Positions 18,977 through 28,190 of a DNA stretch of 64,000 nucleotides are shown here, in pieces (the stretch's first letter is position 1; every line of letters starts with the position of its first letter). Origin of the DNA: a virus (taxonomy: Duplodnaviria > Caudoviricetes); the IMG/VR virus record IMGVR_UViG_3300047160_005525, positions 12,777 through 76,776 of that record, one strand, 5' to 3'. The notes beneath the pieces are model-generated. The model was not told the origin of the DNA and did no database searches. It worked only from the letters and a program-made list of their open reading frames with translations. The translations under genes and the position numbers were made by a program.

Positions 18977-19645
18977 ATGGAAAAAGCCGATGCAATCGAG
19001 GCCGAACCGATCGTCAATGCGACGCTCGATGAGTTGCTGTTATTGGTGCCGATGCGCGGGCGCGAAGGCGCTGATTTGCGTAGTGCGGTCGGAGATTTGA
19101 AAGTGAACCTCCGGGTTCTCTTGCGAACTGACACTGTCGGCCCGCCGTTGGTCAACTGTTTTGATCTTGCTATCAGGGCAGGAGTTACCTTGCCGCAGAT
19201 TTTGCAGGTTCGTGAGGTGGCATGGGACGCATACCCGCAGACGGTCGGAGCGATCATCATCCAAGATTCGTTGGTCGAGTTGTGTCTCGTCGATGCCGGC
19301 AAGATCATTACCAAGACGATCTTCGAGAGTCGCGAACAGGTCGAAAAGATCAAGGACCGAATGAGCACAGCTTTTTCGGAGATCGAGGAAGAAGTTGCCG
19401 ATCATATGGATTCGATGACGTACCAGGACCTTGTCGGATTGCACGCCGCGATGATCGCGCACCTGGTCGAGACGGCGCGGCCATTGCCGCAGATGTTGAA
19501 TTTTCGGTTTGGCTTTTCGCAGCCGACACTGGTCATGGCCTACAAGCTCTACAGCGATGCTGGTCGCGCCGACGAGCTAAGACAGGAAAATTCTGTCGTT
19601 CATCCAGCCTTCGCAAGACCGTATGGAAGAGCGCTGTCGTTATGA
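18977..19645 (+). CDS. Mu gpN C-terminal-like protein
   Basis: PTLVMAYKLYSDAGRADELRQENSVVHPAF matches the recalled gpN C-terminus. Confidence 0.75.
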   Translation: MEKADAIEAEPIVNATLDELLLLVPMRGREGADLRSAVGDLKVNLRVLLRTDTVGPPLVNCFDLAIRAGVTLPQILQVREVAWDAYPQTVGAIIIQDSLVELCLVDAGKIITKTIFESREQVEKIKDRMSTAFSEIEEEVADHMDSMTYQDLVGLHAAMIAHLVETARPLPQMLNFRFGFSQPTLVMAYKLYSDAGRADELRQENSVVHPAFARPYGRALSL

Positions 19646-20994
19646 CCAATGGAGTAACTGCAAATCCTGGCGCTGCTCGTCAGACCGGCACCTCGACCGA
19701 GTCTATCTCGGGAGATTATTGGAAGGTGCAAGCACCGCTGATTGTCCGGCCGCGCACGGTGATGCATCGGCAAGTCTTTCCAGCGGCCCCGACTGAAGAA
19801 GTCGCGACGCTCGTTGTCAACGGCATGATCTATCAAGACTGGGAGACCGTGTGGGTCCAGTGGGATTTGCAACAGCCATGGGCGCAATTCAAATTCACGG
19901 CGACTGAAGATTATCCGCCGACTATTCAGTTTGGGCCGGGTGATAAGTGTCAGGTTTATCTCGGCGGATATCCGGTCATCAGCGGGACTGTTCTGATCCG
20001 ACAAGTTGCCTATGACAAGAATAATAAAGGCATCACCATCCAAGGCGTGAGCACGAGTTGGTACACCGCGCGCGCGAGTGTTGTCGATGCGACACAAGAA
20101 TATAAGGGCGACTTCTTAACCATCGCGGCAAAGGTTCTGGCACCGACCTGCTCAGGCTGGCATCCGATGGGCAACATCTCGGGATTGCCGTTCCCGACGC
20201 CGGTCCAAGCCAATTCAGGCGAGACCATCTTTCAATTCTTGGAGACGCTCGGGCGCATGCGCAACGTCTTTGTCGTGAGTGATCCTTACGGCGACTTTGT
20301 CTTCATTGGTGACCACGTAGGCCAGGTGATCGCCAGCCTGACCGAAGGCGAAAACATTCTCAAGATGCAGTGTCTCATTGAAGATTTGCAGCCTTACTCG
20401 GAATACATTATTCGCGGTCAGAGCCCCGCTAATGATGAGCACAACATGGGCGCTGCCGCGCATATGGAAGCATATCGCACAGGCACCGCGAAATGCTATT
20501 CGCCAGACTTGGTTGCTGCGGAATTTCCGGCGTGGACGGTTCCTGAATTGCAGCTTCGTGCCAATCATGAATATGATTGGAAACAGCGGATAGTCGAAGC
20601 GCACATCACGGTGCAGGGTTGGTTCAACCCGATCACCGGTCAGCGCTGGGACCCTGCTCAAACAGTTTGGGTCTATTCGCCGATGGCCATGTTGAACATG
20701 ACGATGGTCATCGAAGCAGTGACGTTTACGCAAGACTCGAGCAGTGGGTCGCTGACCGAGTTGAAGTGCGTCGCGCCATGGAACTGGAACGATAACAACT
20801 GGCAGATCGGTCCAGGCAATCATCCTCTCATCCAGCCTCCACCAACTCAAGGCGCTATCGCGATTCCAGAAGATAAGCCCGCTCAATCGCCGCCGGTTCA
20901 ATTGCCGGACTCGGTCGAGCCAAAGCCGTGGCAATCGTCGGCACAGGCGGTGAGCGAGGCGGCGGGCGCAGGCGGCATTAGTTTTCCGGAGTAG
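19642..20994 (+). CDS. Baseplate hub protein (Mu gp44/gpP-like)
   Basis: YQDWETVWVQ; GETIFQFLETLGR; WDPAQTVWVYSPM; ATG overlaps the upstream stop. Confidence 0.85.
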   Translation: MTNGVTANPGAARQTGTSTESISGDYWKVQAPLIVRPRTVMHRQVFPAAPTEEVATLVVNGMIYQDWETVWVQWDLQQPWAQFKFTATEDYPPTIQFGPGDKCQVYLGGYPVISGTVLIRQVAYDKNNKGITIQGVSTSWYTARASVVDATQEYKGDFLTIAAKVLAPTCSGWHPMGNISGLPFPTPVQANSGETIFQFLETLGRMRNVFVVSDPYGDFVFIGDHVGQVIASLTEGENILKMQCLIEDLQPYSEYIIRGQSPANDEHNMGAAAHMEAYRTGTAKCYSPDLVAAEFPAWTVPELQLRANHEYDWKQRIVEAHITVQGWFNPITGQRWDPAQTVWVYSPMAMLNMTMVIEAVTFTQDSSSGSLTELKCVAPWNWNDNNWQIGPGNHPLIQPPPTQGAIAIPEDKPAQSPPVQLPDSVEPKPWQSSAQAVSEAAGAGGISFPE

Positions 20995-20997
20995 AAC

Positions 20998-22449
20998 ATG
21001 CACATTTCGAATCCAGCGGCAACGAACTTCCGCGGCTACGCTGCCGGCGGTTCTCGCTCGATGATCGGCGAAGTCGATGACTCCTCGCTCATGCAAACGC
21101 TGGGCAAAGGCGGCGGCATGAAGGGCGAAAGCTTCTCTCAGGGAGGTGGCGGCGGCGCAGATTGGAAGGGTCCGGAATCGCCGCAGAATTACGGCTTCAC
21201 CAGCGTGGTCGGCGACGCGATGAAAGGCGCGATGGGATCGATCAAGCAGGGTGCCGAAGGCTTCATGAGCTACATCGGAGGCAACCGTTCTTTCCCGGTC
21301 ATGGGCATGATGGACGATCGCCGACATCGCCTGAAGAATTTGGCGAAGGACGCAGCCAAGGGCGCGGTCGCTCTATTCGGCCAGAAGGAATGGGGCCAGC
21401 AATTTTTGAATACCGAAGACGGGATGTTCATGACCGGTAACATGGAGAAGAAAATACGCCACGCATTGACGCAAAATCAAAATGGCCAAAAGCAACAAGC
21501 TGGCGGCTCGGCACCACAAGGTGCAGTGAGAGCAGAAGATGGTCGCTTGGTCATTCGCTCGAAGTCTGGCGTTGAGTTTGAGGTTGAAGAATTCTTTTGG
21601 TCAGATGAACAAGGAAGGCGTCTTGAACCGCAACCGCTGGCTGGCGGCGGCGGAGGTGGTGGAGGTGGCGGTGGCGGAGGTGGCGGCGAATCTAACAGTA
21701 AGCCGACAGGACAGAAGACACTGCACAAAGAGGACAGCGACACGTTCACCGACATGAGCAAGCAAGAGATTCGCTCACGTCGCGGCAACGGTTACATGAA
21801 TATCAAGGACGACATCTCGCAAACCTATCATAAGGACCCGACGCACGACACGCGCTGCGACGATTCTCACGTCCACATCGGCTGGGGTGGCGGCAAGATA
21901 TGGGTCGATGGCGGCTGCTGGTCGACGGTGCCGATCCGGATCAGGAATTGCAACGACAGGGATCAGAGCCAAAGCAGCAAACCTCCTGCCGGTGGAGGCG
22001 GCGGCGGTACGCCAAGAGACGTTCCAGAAGCTCCGTTGGTACATCCACCACCCACGTCTGGGCCGCCCGCTTACTTCACCGGTTCACCGCTATCGATCGA
22101 TGACAATGCGACGCTGGCATTGGCATTCAGCGATCCGCTCGCGGTCTCTACTGTAGTCGCAGATGTGCGTCGGCTTGAGCCTCCGACTATAACGCAACTG
22201 GCCGTCTCTCCTCTGATAATCAAATACGTCGATCCGATTTACATCGATACCACTCAAAATAACTCGCTCGCGTTGAAGTTCAAAGACCCGCTCTATCTCG
22301 ATGTCGATGGCTCTCTGACGTCGACCGGCGGCGGCGTGAGCGGCGTTCCCGAGGCACCAAATGATGGGCTCATGTATGGAAGGCAAAGTTTAAACTGGGC
22401 GCGCGCGCTGGCGATTACCAATGATATTCTAGATGGGGGCAACTTTTAG
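20998..22449 (+). CDS. Baseplate spike (Mu gp45-like) with long C-terminal extension
   Basis: ESPQNYGFTSV...GGNRSFPVMGMMDDRRHRL...GAVALF. Confidence 0.85.
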   Translation: MHISNPAATNFRGYAAGGSRSMIGEVDDSSLMQTLGKGGGMKGESFSQGGGGGADWKGPESPQNYGFTSVVGDAMKGAMGSIKQGAEGFMSYIGGNRSFPVMGMMDDRRHRLKNLAKDAAKGAVALFGQKEWGQQFLNTEDGMFMTGNMEKKIRHALTQNQNGQKQQAGGSAPQGAVRAEDGRLVIRSKSGVEFEVEEFFWSDEQGRRLEPQPLAGGGGGGGGGGGGGGGESNSKPTGQKTLHKEDSDTFTDMSKQEIRSRRGNGYMNIKDDISQTYHKDPTHDTRCDDSHVHIGWGGGKIWVDGGCWSTVPIRIRNCNDRDQSQSSKPPAGGGGGGTPRDVPEAPLVHPPPTSGPPAYFTGSPLSIDDNATLALAFSDPLAVSTVVADVRRLEPPTITQLAVSPLIIKYVDPIYIDTTQNNSLALKFKDPLYLDVDGSLTSTGGGVSGVPEAPNDGLMYGRQSLNWARALAITNDILDGGNF

Positions 22450-22451
22450 AA

Positions 22452-23975
22452 ATGGCTGACGTCGTAAGAATCAAGCGCCGCGTATCGCCTGGCGCGGTTG
22501 GTGCGCCCTCGACCTTGGCGAATGCCGAGCTTGCCTACAATGAAAACGACCAGACTCTCTATGTTGGCGAGGGCACGGGTGGTGCGGGCGGCAGCGCTTC
22601 GGTGATCCGCGCCATTGGTGGACCCGGTACATTCGCGCCCTTGAATTCACCTGCGTTTACCGGCACGCCGACAGCGCCGACCGTTACGCCCGGCACGGAT
22701 AGCACGACGAAGATCGCGACGACGGCCTTCGTGCAGTCTGCCGTCAGCGCTGTCTCATCCGGCGTCACGAACATCACTGTGCAGGACGGCTTGTCCGGTG
22801 GTGGCTCTGGCGCAGTCATGATCGGAATTACAGACAGCGGCATTGCGAACAGTAAGCTCGCGCAGATGCCGGCGACCACGATGAAGGGTAACAACAGTGG
22901 CGTGGCGGCTTCGGTCATTGATCTTACTGTCTCGCAAATCATGACGATGCTCGCGGCAGCGCCCTTGCTGTCGCCCGCCTTCACTGGAACGCCGACCGCG
23001 CCAACTGCCGTGAATGGCGTCAATACGACGCAACTGGCGACGACGCAGTACGTCCTCGCGACGCGTCTCGATCAGTTCCAGCCGCCGAATATCGATGTCG
23101 GATGGAACAGTCACCGCATCACCGGCTTGCTCGACCCCGCGAGTGCGCAAGATGCCGCGACGAAGAACTACGTCGATGCCACGGTGCAAGGGCTCGATGC
23201 GAAGGAAACGGCGCGGCTAGCAACGGCCACAGCGCTGCCAGCCAATACCTACAATAACGGCGCAGCTGGTGCTGGCGCGACCCTGACAGCAACGGCAAAT
23301 GGCGCGCTCGTGGTCGACGGCGTTGGCGTCGCTGCAAACGATGTCATTCTGGTCAAGGACGAGGCTGCGGCGGCAAACAACGGTTTGTACGTCGTAACGA
23401 CTGCGGGCGATGCGGCTACAGCGTATGTCCTTACTCGTCACGTCAACATGGACTTGGCTAATGAATATTCTGGGGCATTCGTTCCGGTCGGTGCAGGCGG
23501 CAGTGTCAATGCGAATACGCTGTGGCTGGCGAATCCGAGCACGCCGGTTACGGTCGGCACGACCGCGATCCCATTCACGCAACTCAACAGCGCGACGAGC
23601 TACGTGCCCGGCAACGGCATCGGCATTACTGGCAACGTCATCAGCGCGCTTGGCACGCTGGACCGGATCATCGTCGGCACCGGCATTGATATCGATCCAG
23701 CCTATGCCGGGCAGGCGTCGATCACCACGCTCGGCACGATCGTTACTGGGACATGGAACGGCGCAGCAATCGGTGTCGCCTATGGCGGGACGGGCGCGAT
23801 CACTTTCCCTGCGGGCTATTTGAAAGCGAGCGCGGCAACGCCGTTCATGACGGTTGCAACGATCCCCAACACGGACATCACTGGCCTTGGCACGATGGCG
23901 ACACAGAACGCAGCCGCAGTCGCGATTACAGGCGGCACGATCGACAATGTGGTCATCGATGGTGGCGTCTTTTGA
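22452..23975 (+). CDS. Tail fibre/appendage protein
   Basis: RIKRR...GAP..LA..ELA.NE.D N-terminus; repeated LNSPAFTGTPTAPT; QDAATKNYVD motifs. Confidence 0.75.
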   Translation: MADVVRIKRRVSPGAVGAPSTLANAELAYNENDQTLYVGEGTGGAGGSASVIRAIGGPGTFAPLNSPAFTGTPTAPTVTPGTDSTTKIATTAFVQSAVSAVSSGVTNITVQDGLSGGGSGAVMIGITDSGIANSKLAQMPATTMKGNNSGVAASVIDLTVSQIMTMLAAAPLLSPAFTGTPTAPTAVNGVNTTQLATTQYVLATRLDQFQPPNIDVGWNSHRITGLLDPASAQDAATKNYVDATVQGLDAKETARLATATALPANTYNNGAAGAGATLTATANGALVVDGVGVAANDVILVKDEAAAANNGLYVVTTAGDAATAYVLTRHVNMDLANEYSGAFVPVGAGGSVNANTLWLANPSTPVTVGTTAIPFTQLNSATSYVPGNGIGITGNVISALGTLDRIIVGTGIDIDPAYAGQASITTLGTIVTGTWNGAAIGVAYGGTGAITFPAGYLKASAATPFMTVATIPNTDITGLGTMATQNAAAVAITGGTIDNVVIDGGVF

Positions 23976-25163
23976 ATGACTGATATTCTTCGCATCAAGC
24001 GGCGCGCATTGGGCGGCTCGGCTGGCGCTCCTGTCAGCTTGGCGGTTGGCGAACTTGCGTTCAATGAGGTTGATGGTGGACTTTATATTGGCCGCAGTGA
24101 TGCGAACATTGTTCAGGTGAACGCCCCAGGTGCAGGCGGTATCCGTTATGACATCAGTCAAAGCCTCACAACTCCACAACAAGCCGTCGCGCTGCAAAAT
24201 ATTGGCGCACCGCAACTCAATCTAATCAACGGTAAGCTGGTTGAGAGCAACGCAGCCAATGCCGCCACGTTTGCGATCAAAACGCTCGCCGGGACTGATG
24301 CCTCTGCGAGCGATCCGGTTGGAGTCATATTCTCGGATGCGTCAGTGCTGTGGATCACGGCAGCGCTGTCGCTCACGCTCCCATCGGGCTTCACGATGGG
24401 AACGATTGACGCTTGGTCGTTCCGGCTCTGGTTTGCGGTTGGCAACAATGCTGGCACGCCGCAACTGGTCGTGCGCAATTGTTGCTCATACACTGCCGCG
24501 AATCTTCATGCGACGAGTATCAGCGGCTTTGATCCCAGAGGTTCTGAACTAGCGAATGGCATAGCGGCTCCGGGTGCAGCGCTCACGAGCTATTCAAATA
24601 TTGCATTTTCAGGCCAGATGCGCGTGATTGGCTTCGCCGACTATGATGGTGGGCTGGCTACGGCAGGGGCGTGGGCAGCTTCGCCGACGCGTATCGTGCT
24701 TTCGTCTCCGAGTTCACCGTTGCCAGGGTCCATCGTTCAAAATGTTGCGCAAAGTTGGAATATTACAAGCACCGCTAATACTGGAACGGTATTTGCATGG
24801 TCAGATATTCAGTTATATTTTACCCCAATAAGCCCTTGCGACCCGGTTCAACTTACCATTAACACGGATGTGATTAATGCTAATGCGGACGCCGCCGGTT
24901 CATATGTGCTGTTGCAGCTAGCGCGAACTCCATGGGCGGGCACTCCGGTCACAAACCTTGGAGGTGTTACTTATGGTCCTTATGCTGCATCCGGTTATCC
25001 AGGAGTTGCATCGTATGTCGGCCAAGTCACTGACTATCATCACGCAACAACGGATTATCCATTGATCTACGGCGTTCAGTGGGCGAATAGCGCCGCGGTG
25101 ACAGGCGGTTCGTATTGCCCTTATGACTATGCTTACGCACAGGCTGTGGAGTTAATGGGGTAA
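23976..25163 (+). CDS. Tail fibre/receptor-binding-like protein
   Basis: Same RIKRR...GELAFNE N-terminus; LTTPQQAVALQNIG motif. Confidence 0.7.
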   Translation: MTDILRIKRRALGGSAGAPVSLAVGELAFNEVDGGLYIGRSDANIVQVNAPGAGGIRYDISQSLTTPQQAVALQNIGAPQLNLINGKLVESNAANAATFAIKTLAGTDASASDPVGVIFSDASVLWITAALSLTLPSGFTMGTIDAWSFRLWFAVGNNAGTPQLVVRNCCSYTAANLHATSISGFDPRGSELANGIAAPGAALTSYSNIAFSGQMRVIGFADYDGGLATAGAWAASPTRIVLSSPSSPLPGSIVQNVAQSWNITSTANTGTVFAWSDIQLYFTPISPCDPVQLTINTDVINANADAAGSYVLLQLARTPWAGTPVTNLGGVTYGPYAASGYPGVASYVGQVTDYHHATTDYPLIYGVQWANSAAVTGGSYCPYDYAYAQAVELMG

Positions 25164-25167
25164 TACC

Positions 25168-25710
25168 ATTCCTGATATCCGGCTCGTCCAGAACACACTG
25201 TTTCCCCGGACCGGCGTCACGGTCGATTGGCTGTTGCTTGACGACGGCACGCTCGATGACACGCAGGCATTGGCGACATCTGTCATCGTCGCGCTCGGCA
25301 CCGATCGATTAGCACAGCCGGATGATCTTTTGCCCGATCCCGACTCGACCGATCGCCGCGGCTGGTGGGGCGACCTTGACGCCGAGTTGATCTGGGACGG
25401 GTGGCCGATCGGAAGTCGCCTGTGGCTATTGCAGCGGGATAAGATCGAGGGACCAGGCTCACGGCGCGGCCCGACGACAGTGCGTGTCGAGCATTATATC
25501 CGCGAAGCGGTCCAGCCGTTCATCGATCGCCGCATTGGTTCGCATATGCAGGTCCAGGCGACACGCATTGGTAAGGAACAGATCAATGCATTGGTTCGCA
25601 TTTTTCGTGGGCCACAGTTGGAAATCGAACTTAGGTATCAAGTGATCTGGACTGGCATGGTCGTCGAAGGCGGCGGCTACGACATCGGCAAACTGATCAA
25701 CCCGCTCTGA
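25168..25710 (+). CDS. Baseplate wedge protein (Mu gp46-like); probable AUU start
   Basis: DRRGWWGD...IGSRLWLLQR motif. The frame extends upstream to ATT-CCT-GAT-ATC (xPDIRLVQN), bounded by an in-frame TAA at 25153. Confidence 0.85.
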   Translation: MPDIRLVQNTLFPRTGVTVDWLLLDDGTLDDTQALATSVIVALGTDRLAQPDDLLPDPDSTDRRGWWGDLDAELIWDGWPIGSRLWLLQRDKIEGPGSRRGPTTVRVEHYIREAVQPFIDRRIGSHMQVQATRIGKEQINALVRIFRGPQLEIELRYQVIWTGMVVEGGGYDIGKLINPL

Positions 25711-25740
25711 CTTCTTCTCGAAACACAATCGGGTGTAACT

Positions 25741-26826
25741 ATTCCTTGGGCAACTCCCACGCTCAGGACTGTTCGCAGCCTTGTTCGCGACTCCATTCGC
25801 GGCAACCTGCCAGGCGCGGATGCGAGTATTCCGAACAGCGTCCTTCGCGTCATGTCGGATGCGATGGGAGCGCTGTGTCACCTCACGCTTCAATTCATTG
25901 ATTGGTTGGCGCTGCAGTTACTTCCAGACACTGCAGAACATGAGTGGCTAGATAGACACGGAGACATTTGGTTAACCAACTCCGATGGCACCACCGGTCG
26001 CAAGCTTGCAACGTTGGCGCAGGGGTCTGTTTCGCTCACTGGTCTTGGCGGCACGGTTGTTCCGATAGCCACACGGATGATGGCCTCAACGGGGGTCGAA
26101 TATGAGACGGTGCAGCTAACCGTCATTCTAGCTGATGCGCCGATTACTGTAGGCGCACGCGCGCTTGATCCAGGTTTGCTGGGCAATCTTAATCCTGGTG
26201 ACCCTCTATCACTTTCAACTCCAATTCCAGGTGTGGATAGCGCTGTGACCGTCGTGGAGATGGACGGCGGCACTGATGAGGAAACAGATGACGAGCTTCG
26301 CTTTCGTGTGCTCAAGAGAATTCGGCAGCCGCCTCAAGGTGGAGACAAAACGGACTATGAACAGTGGTGCCTCGCGGTGCCGGGCTGTACGAGAGCATGG
26401 GCAAGTCCATTAGAAATGGGGATGGGTACAGTCACGGTACGCGTGATGTTCGACGATCTGCGTGCTGCCTCAGGTGGCTTTCCGCTTCAGAGCGATTTGC
26501 TCACGGTGCAAAATTATCTCGACACGGTGCGCCCGGTTTGCGTCAAGGATTATTGGGTGCTCTCACCGATCCCGCAGCGCGTTGATGTTCATATCAGCCG
26601 ACTCGATCCCGACACGACGGCAGTACGTGGCGCGATTGAGGAAAGCGTGCAGCAGATGCTGTTCGACAAAGCGATACCGGGGCAAACGATTTACGCGGCA
26701 TGGAAGTCTTACGCCATCATGTCGGCACCTGCCGTCATCGCGTTCGACTTGGTGAACAATATCGATGACGTGATGCAATCGCCCGGCCACATGGCGGTGC
26801 TTGGCGATATTAATTACACAGTATGA
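25741..26826 (+). CDS. Baseplate J-like protein (Mu gp47-like); probable AUU start
   Basis: GGTDEETDDELRFRVLKRIRQPPQGGDKTDYEQW; N-terminus ATT-CCT-TGG (xPWATPTL). Confidence 0.9.
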   Translation: MPWATPTLRTVRSLVRDSIRGNLPGADASIPNSVLRVMSDAMGALCHLTLQFIDWLALQLLPDTAEHEWLDRHGDIWLTNSDGTTGRKLATLAQGSVSLTGLGGTVVPIATRMMASTGVEYETVQLTVILADAPITVGARALDPGLLGNLNPGDPLSLSTPIPGVDSAVTVVEMDGGTDEETDDELRFRVLKRIRQPPQGGDKTDYEQWCLAVPGCTRAWASPLEMGMGTVTVRVMFDDLRAASGGFPLQSDLLTVQNYLDTVRPVCVKDYWVLSPIPQRVDVHISRLDPDTTAVRGAIEESVQQMLFDKAIPGQTIYAAWKSYAIMSAPAVIAFDLVNNIDDVMQSPGHMAVLGDINYTV

Positions 26827-27539
26827 CTACACAGCAACATAATTGGGATCATTACGTTCGGCGATCGGGCGCAGACTATGCACAGCAATTCTTAAGATTG
26901 CTGCCGACTGGGCAAGCATGGCCGAAAACGCCGGGTTCGATTCTAGAGCGTGTTTGCTATGGGCTCGCCGAGTATTGGGGCTTCGTCGATGCGCGCGCTG
27001 GCGATCTGCTAGAGCGCGAGAGCGATCCACGCAAGACGATAGAGCTTCTGCCTGATTGGGAGAAAGCTTGGGGCCTGCCAGACCCATGCTTCCCGTCAGC
27101 GACGACGATCGGCGAACGTCAAAAAATGCTTGTCCTGTTCATGACGTGGATGGGAGGGCAAAGTCGAGATTATTTTAAGAGCGTCGCCGAGTTCGTCGGC
27201 TACACGATCGAGATCAAAGAATTCGCACCGTTCATGTGCGGGATTTCTCGCGCTGGTGATACACGCACGCCGCCGCCGGATTCGCCGATCACAGATCAGA
27301 ATTTCCGTTGGTATATCGGAGGACCCGAGCAGCGGTTCTACTGGGAAGTCAGCGTCGGCCAAGTTGGCTTGATTTGGTTTCGTGCATCGGCAGGGCAAGC
27401 CGGCGTTGATCATCACTTGGAGTTCGCTGTCCCGACAGAGTTCATCTGTCTGCTCGATCGCTGGAAGCCAGCGCACACTGTCATCGTTCCAGACTTCAGC
27501 AAACTTGCCTTTGGCGGGCCGATGCAGGGAACGCCATAA
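26823..27539 (+). CDS. Baseplate protein DUF2313/YmfQ (Mu gp48-like)
   Basis: LLPTGQAWP...ESDPRKTIELLPDWEKAWGLPDPC...WKPAHT. Confidence 0.9.
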   Translation: MTTQQHNWDHYVRRSGADYAQQFLRLLPTGQAWPKTPGSILERVCYGLAEYWGFVDARAGDLLERESDPRKTIELLPDWEKAWGLPDPCFPSATTIGERQKMLVLFMTWMGGQSRDYFKSVAEFVGYTIEIKEFAPFMCGISRAGDTRTPPPDSPITDQNFRWYIGGPEQRFYWEVSVGQVGLIWFRASAGQAGVDHHLEFAVPTEFICLLDRWKPAHTVIVPDFSKLAFGGPMQGTP

Positions 27540-28183
27540 TGAAGAAAGCGTATGTCTACGCGATCATTGTTGATGGAGTGATCCGCTACTTCGGCAAAGG
27601 TAGCGGCAACCGAAAACTCGCGCATATGCGAATGGTGCGAAGCATCGCCCGTCGTCGCGCCGCTGGCGAAACAGTGCGTACTTCACATTTTTACAATCGA
27701 TTGACAAAAGCATGGCTCGAAGGAGCAGAGATTGCAGAGATCATTCTCGTCGAAGGCTTGACTAATGAAGAGGCGTACGCGCGGGAGATCGCCGAGATAG
27801 CGGCTGCGCCACAAGGACAATTATGGAATACGTGGCCCGGTGGAGAAGGTGGCGGCAAAGGTCATTCGCTATCGCTCGAACATAGACAGAAAATTGCTGA
27901 ATCAAATCGAAAGACTTGGTCTGATCCTGAAGTTTTGGCCAAACAATCTGAGCAGAAGAAAATACATTGGTTGCGACCGGAGTATCAAGCGCAATTAGTC
28001 GGTCGAAAATGGACGCCGGAAATGAAGCAAGAACTTTCTGATACACGAAAAGCGCAATGGGCTGATCCGGAATTCGAAGCGCGAATGCAGGCAAGCAAGC
28101 GATCAGCGCCAGAATTCCACGCAAAGCGCAGCGAAGAGCGGCGACGAAGCTGGGAAACTCGGCGTAAATCGAAAACAACATGA
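27539..28183 (+). CDS. GIY-YIG homing endonuclease with NUMOD3-like repeats
   Basis: AYVYAIIVDGVIRYFGKGSGNR; WNTWPGGEG; EHRQKIAES. Confidence 0.78.
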   Translation: MKKAYVYAIIVDGVIRYFGKGSGNRKLAHMRMVRSIARRRAAGETVRTSHFYNRLTKAWLEGAEIAEIILVEGLTNEEAYAREIAEIAAAPQGQLWNTWPGGEGGGKGHSLSLEHRQKIAESNRKTWSDPEVLAKQSEQKKIHWLRPEYQAQLVGRKWTPEMKQELSDTRKAQWADPEFEARMQASKRSAPEFHAKRSEERRRSWETRRKSKTT

Positions 28184-28190
28184 GGATGAC

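Noticed and set aside
19222-19641. N-terminal extension of the baseplate hub ORF
   Set aside because: It overlaps the gpN C-terminal gene; ATG 19642 is coupled to that gene's stop.
22452-25163. Diversity-generating retroelement, suggested by Mtd-like fibre N-termini
   Set aside because: No reverse transcriptase and no template/variable repeat pair were seen in the window.
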